64,000 nucleotides of DNA from the human T2T-CHM13v2.0 reference genome, Homo sapiens. Below are positions 58,327 through 64,000 of the stretch, in pieces (the first letter of the stretch is position 1; the number at the start of each line of letters is the position of its first letter). The notes under the pieces are model-generated. The model was given only the letters and a program-made list of their open reading frames with translations. It did no database searches and was not told where the DNA came from. The position numbers and the translations under genes were made by a program. The stretch is taken from NCBI RefSeq assembly GCF_009914755.1, contig NC_060935.1, one strand, 5' to 3'.

Positions 58327-61300
58327 TTCCTCATTGTGTTTTTGGGGAATCAAATCGTTGATTCTTTAGTTATAACAAGGGGTTTATATTGAGTTTTAAG
58401 ATACATAAGTTTGACAGAAGCTATGTGTTGTTTTACAAAATTAATAAACTAATTTAATATACAAGGTCCAAAAATTAGACTTAATACTAGGATGGGGAGG
58501 GGGTCTGGCTAACTTAGTAATTAGAATAGTTAGCTCTGGGTTCTAGTTGAACATGCTTTGATACTAGGGGATGTTATTTTCTTGTTCTTGTTGGCGCTTA
58601 TCTAGATTTTCTTGCACTTTCTGGAGTGTATCTTTTATGACTAAGAATGGTGGAGGAACAGTTAAATCAACTTTGTCAGGGTGTTTCTGGAACATAGGGT
58701 TACTTAGATCAGTTAAAGGCCTGATTGGCTTGGGTGGGCTTTATGAGACTAGGGTTTTTTTGGATGGTGAACATAGACTTAACATTAAATCCTGGGATAT
58801 AGAATCTTAATCTTCATGACATGCCATGATACTATTGAGTTGAATTAAGGTCATGGACAGCTATAGTAAGAGGATTACAATTTTTCTAGTACATAATTTA
58901 GGATGAGAAGCACGACTTATGGAAAGAGTTGAAGATCTGGTTGATCTTTTAGAGTAGGTGGCTAAAGTTACACGTGTCTAATCAGGGCAGAAAAACTGAT
59001 AAGTATCTTGACAGCTAGCATCAGGGTGATTTCTAGGACAGAGGTAAAAGTCAATATTTTGGAGTCTTTTTTCTGCACTTTTGGAGCTTCTACACTTAGT
59101 TTGGCTCTTGGAGTGTCTGAATCTTGCTGCAAGGTTGACACTTCCTGCTCCTGGGACTGGCAGATTGTGTTGTTTTTCGTGGGTATGGACTGGCTTTGGG
59201 AATAGTACAAATAAATCAACTGCAAAGGAGACTTCCTTGGAGGTACTGGCCTTCTAAGTGGTGTTTGCAAATACACGTCCTGTTGTGAAAGAGGTGAGGA
59301 GAAAGGAGTAGGAAGGTACAGAGGACGTAACTGGCAAAAACAAATAAGTGAGGTAGTAAAAAGAATGTATCTAATGGCTTCACCTGACTTAGGCGCAGTT
59401 TTAAGGGGCCTGACTTAGGCCTGGGGACTTATGTTTTTAGTTGGGCTCTGTTGGCCTTTTTGATGCGGGAGTGATGAATCTAGGCAGGAATGCCATCTAC
59501 TTTCAGAGCAGCTGGCGTCGTGAGGATGACGGTGTGAGGTCTTTTCTAAGCAGGAGTGAGTCTTTCTTTTTGGAACTTTTTAACAAACGCTAGGTCTCCT
59601 GGCTGGAATGAATGGCAGGACTTTTTCTGGTCAGGAACTGGATTGGGATGGGCTCCTCGAACAAGTGGCAGGATGATCTCTTGTACCAGTTGGAGAGACT
59701 ATAGGTACTGTAATAAATTAGTTTGTGATATTTCTGCTAATTTGGCATCCCTTAGCTTAGGCAAGATAGGCAGCGCCTTCTTATACATGATTTCAAAGGG
59801 TGAGAACTTAGCTTGGTAAGGGGTGCACCTTACTTTAAGTAGGGCTAAAGGAAGGAGACTTACTTAATTTACACCGGTTTTTAAGATTAATTTTGTAGGA
59901 GTGTTTTTTAGGGTGTGGTTCACGCTTTCTACTTGCCTGGAACTCTGGGGCTGATAGAGCTCCAGGCAATAGAGGCACAATGGAGCTTCTATTGAATGTT
60001 TAACGCCTTACTGACTGACTGAGCTATAGGCGAGGTGAAGGCTGCTCTATTATCAGACTTTATGGCAGCAGGCAGCCTATATTGAGGGATGATTTCATTG
60101 CGTAAAAACTTAACTACTGTGTTGGTGGTTTCGTTTTCGGTAGCAAATGCCTTAGTCTATCTGGAGAAGGTGTCTACTAGTACTAGAAGGTATTTGTACT
60201 TAGCCTGGTGTGGTTTGACTTCTGTAAAGTCAATTTCTTACTTTTTTCTCGGCGAGTTTTTTCAGAGACAGTGGCCTGGGCTGGGTTTAGGACTTTGTTT
60301 GGCATTTACTTGGGTGCAGGTTGTGCACTGGAGAGCGGCTTAATCTGATAGGCTTTGAAGACGGGGGATCTTAAAATGGCTCCGGAGGAGCTGAGGTAGC
60401 TTTGCTCTTTTTAAGTGGGTGGTAGACTGCAGGTGACTGATTAAAGTTTCTTTAAGAGTTCAGGATATGAAGATTCTAGAGTCAGGAAGAATCTACTAAC
60501 TTTCCTGATTTTTATTGGCTCTGAGATCTGAAGCCAGTTTTTTTGTTGTTGTTGTTGTTGAGTATACGGGATTGTCAGGCAGATCTGGCTGAGGAAAGGA
60601 GACTGTGGGCAGCAAGTTTAGAGGCGTGACTGAAAGTTGCGCTGCGACCTGAGCTGCTGAATCAGCTTTCTAGTTACTATGGGCAAAGCCGTGTTTTCTT
60701 TTTGATGTCCTTTGCAGTGGATCACAGCTATCTGCTGAGGTGAGTAGCCTGCTTTCCTGGTAGATGGCTTTATGTACATGCACAGTAGCAAAGGCGTACT
60801 TGCTGTCACTGTAAATGTTAATACGTTTATTCTACTTTATCGGAGAGCCTGAGTGAGGGCGATCAATTCAGCCTTTTGTGCTGAGGTGTTCGCTGGTAAA
60901 GCTTGAGCTTACAACACATCTGTCTCCGTGGTAACAGCTGCACTGGCTTTTCATACTTCCTGCTTGAGGAAGCTGCTCCTGTCTGTGAACACGGCGGCAT
61001 CTGCCTTTTCCAGGGGCACATCTTGAAGATCAGATGGGCCAGTTTCGATAGTTTCTAACAGTTCTTGACAGTCATGAGCAGGAATAGTGCAGTCTGGGTC
61101 AGGATGTAGCGAAGCTGGATTGAAACACTTTGTGGGAGAGAAAGTCAAACCAGGCTGATCTAACAGTAAACTTCGAAACTGCAAGATGCGAGCATTTGAC
61201 ATCTATTTGCCAGAAGCACTTCGTAGTAAGGTCTTTACAGCATGAGGAGCTGTAAGGGTTAAATTTTGGCTTAGAGTTAACTTATCATCTTCTTGGACTA

Positions 61301-64000
61301 GGCTTGCTGTAGCCTCTATGGCTCGCAGACAACTTGGCCATCTAGAGGCCACAGGATCTAGCCTCTTAGATAAATAGGCCACTGGGCATCTTTAGGGTCT
61401 TAGAGCCTGAGTCAGCACCTCTTTAGCAACTCCTTGGCTTTTATGGAGATATTAGGGAGGGCTAAAGCAGGGGCTTCAGTTAATGCTAAATTAATGGGCT
61501 ATTTCATTCTGCACTTCTTGGATAGCCGCCACTAAGATTTTTGTTTGTCTTTTGAATGATTTATCAGCGGCCTTTTCAGCTGCCTGTGTTGTTTTTGTTT
61601 TTTAACCTTTTGATGGTCAAAAGCTTTTTGGACTATTTCTAAAAGCTGACTGATATTTATTCTAGCAAATCTTTCTAGTTTTTGGAGTTTCTTTTTAATA
61701 TCCGGGGCTGTCTGAGCCACAAATGCTAAATTAAGAGCACGGCTATTTTCGGGAGCTGCCGGGTCAAAAGGGGTGTAAATCCGATAAGCCTCCTGGAGGC
61801 GCTCTAAAAACGTTCTTGGTGACTTATCGGGCCTTTGGACAACGTCGGTCGTCTTAGACAAGTTTATGGGTTTCTGAGCGGCTCTTTTAATACTTGCGAG
61901 GAGATACCGGTGAAAATCGTCTAAAGCTCTCTTTCTACTTGAGGAATTTGGGTCCCAGTTAGGCCGGGTAGAGGGAAAGACCTCCTCAAGGAGGTTTCTA
62001 GCTTCTTCTTCCGGTCTATTGGCTGATGTGAGGAAGTACTTTTTGGCTTCTTTTTGGATACGTTCTTTCTTTTCAGAGGTGAAAAGGGTTAAAAGGAGCT
62101 GTTGGCAATCATCTTAGGTGGGCGGGTGAGTCCAGAGTACAGACTCTGTCAGAGAGGTCAAAGCCTGGGGCTTTTCAGAGAAGGGAGGATTATGGGTTTT
62201 CTAATTACATAAGTCAGAAGTAGAAAAAGGGACACAAACTAAGAAGGGTGCTGAGCGCTCGTCACCTGGAGGGACTTGTGCCTCTCTCAGTGGTAGTAGA
62301 GGGGCTACTTCTTCCTGCCACGGTCATGATTGAGAGGCAACGGGTGGCGAGTCTACAGGGGACGTCGTCGAGCAGACATGGGATAACTTTAAGGGAGAAG
62401 GTTGGTTGTAAGGCGGTGGGACTGGGTGAGGGAGACTCTCCTCTTCTTCAGAGGGAGGCAGTACAGGGGGAGCTGAACTGGCTGAGGGTCGAGGCGAAAA
62501 CTCGGTCTGGCTTAGGAGGACCTTGGAGGTAGAATTATGAATGGCTCATGAACGGAGCCATGGAGAGTGGATCCTGACTAAACTTAGCTATTGATCAATG
62601 TAGAGAAACTGATCAGGGTGGCTAGGAGTTTCAGTAACAACCTGCCACACAGCTTGAACAGTTGTGAGGTTCAATGACCCTTCAGGGGGCCACTTGACTT
62701 TAAACTTTGGCCATTTTATTTTGCAGAGTGTCTGGAGCTTACCTTTTTTAAGGCGGACTTTATAATCCTCTGAACTGAGAGAAAAATTCTGCAGCATACA
62801 TTGGAGAGGGCTTTAACTTTACAAGGCTGGGAGGAAGTGTTTCTTATTTTTTTTTTTAAGGCAATTTAATAAGATTTGAGCATAGATATTAAACTTAGCA
62901 TGGACAGAGAAACTTATTTCTTGGGGGACTGGCATAGTGAAAGAACAGAATCAATATGACTAGAAAGAGCAGAAAAACTTAAAACAGCTAATACTACTTG
63001 CTACATTGCTGTAGCTTTAAGATTGAGGGAGGAGGACTAGAGCCAGCCTGAGATCTTCTGGGTCAGTTTGATCTAGGCGTTCTTCTTCTTCTAGATCTGC
63101 GCTTTAAATACTTTTGGTGTCTTTATGACTTAAAGGCAAATAGCTTAAACTTAGCTTTTTCTTTTAAGGGTTTAAGGAGTGAGAACAGAGCCAAGTCCTG
63201 GAGACGGTGAACTTGCTGTCGCACCAGAAAACGAGATGTGCAGGATAGGGGGCAGGGACAAGGCGGAAAAGGACTACTCGGATCATTTTTAAGATGGGAG
63301 AGTAGCCACAGAGGAGCAGAGTAAGAATCTAAACGAGGTAAAGCAGTACGGGCGTACATTTCTTTACACGGTGTTCTACTGAAGGGCACAGGAAAAGTTA
63401 CAGAATGACAAGAGAGGTGAGCAAGGAAATCTACAGGGTGGCTGTTTTGAATTCACTACTGGTTTAGTTTAGAGGACGTCTAATCACTTGTACGTGGAAT
63501 ATGATGATCTAAATACTTACAACTTTCATGGTGCTAGAAATCTTAATTAGGGAAATGTTTTTCACACTTGTTCTTGTAACAACACTTGATTTGCTTCTGG
63601 CAGAAAAGACAGGACTGTGGTGACCAGCCTAAATGATTGATGAGAAATTTAACCTCCTGTGACAAAAAATCAGCACTAAGGACTTTGAAGAAGTTTTTAC
63701 TTAGACGTCTTGGGCAATATCAACGTCTTAACATGCAAAACTTTGACAACTACTAACAAGACAATAGACACTGAACAGAACAATCAACATAAAACAAACA
63801 ATTGACTTTAGGGCATGTAAACAGTTATGACAGTTTCTTCCTTTTTTTTTTTTTTTTCAGACAGACAAGGGGAGGGGCTCCTGTGATGGGATCAGTCAGA
63901 TGCCTGCCTGGCCGCTCCCCCTGAGGGGACTTGGGCTCCTCTTAACATTGGCAGGCTGGTATAAACTTCCGGCTCAGATCAAGCTATGCCTGATGCTGCC
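58327..64000 (-). mobile_element. HERV-S71/HERV-T (gammaretrovirus-like) internal region, deleted and hypermutated; continues past the window
   Basis: gag (HPDQFLYIDQ; FLERLQEAYRIYTPFDP), RNase H (IHCKGHQK), integrase and partial env remnants. Confidence 0.85.

Overview
Primate (almost certainly human) genomic DNA made mostly of transposable elements, with no intact cellular gene. From left to right: (1) the 3' 4.9 kb of a very young L1HS-Ta element (+ strand) with a one-base ORF2 frameshift; (2) Alu/MLT/MER-rich DNA including an ERV1 solo LTR that splits an Alu; (3) a 15-kb nested retroviral complex on the minus strand, in which a HERV-H provirus carries a MER11 solo LTR and a HERV-E provirus that lacks its 5' LTR precisely but keeps its target-site duplication (TSD); (4) a full-length old L1PA (minus) carrying an LTR5_Hs solo LTR; (5) a disabled first exon of an ENPP7-like pseudogene (minus); (6) a deleted, heavily G-to-A hypermutated HERV-S71/HERV-T provirus running off the right edge. 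The ENPP7 pseudogene plus HERV-H/E combination suggests one of the multi-copy ENPP7P/OR7E-type segmental-duplication blocks, but I cannot place the locus without a search. I found no evidence for a new multi-gene system; the interesting signals concern insertion mechanisms, APOBEC3 footprints and repair scars. Repeat subfamily names and consensus comparisons are from memory and should be confirmed with RepeatMasker/Dfam; boundaries of the older repeats are approximate.
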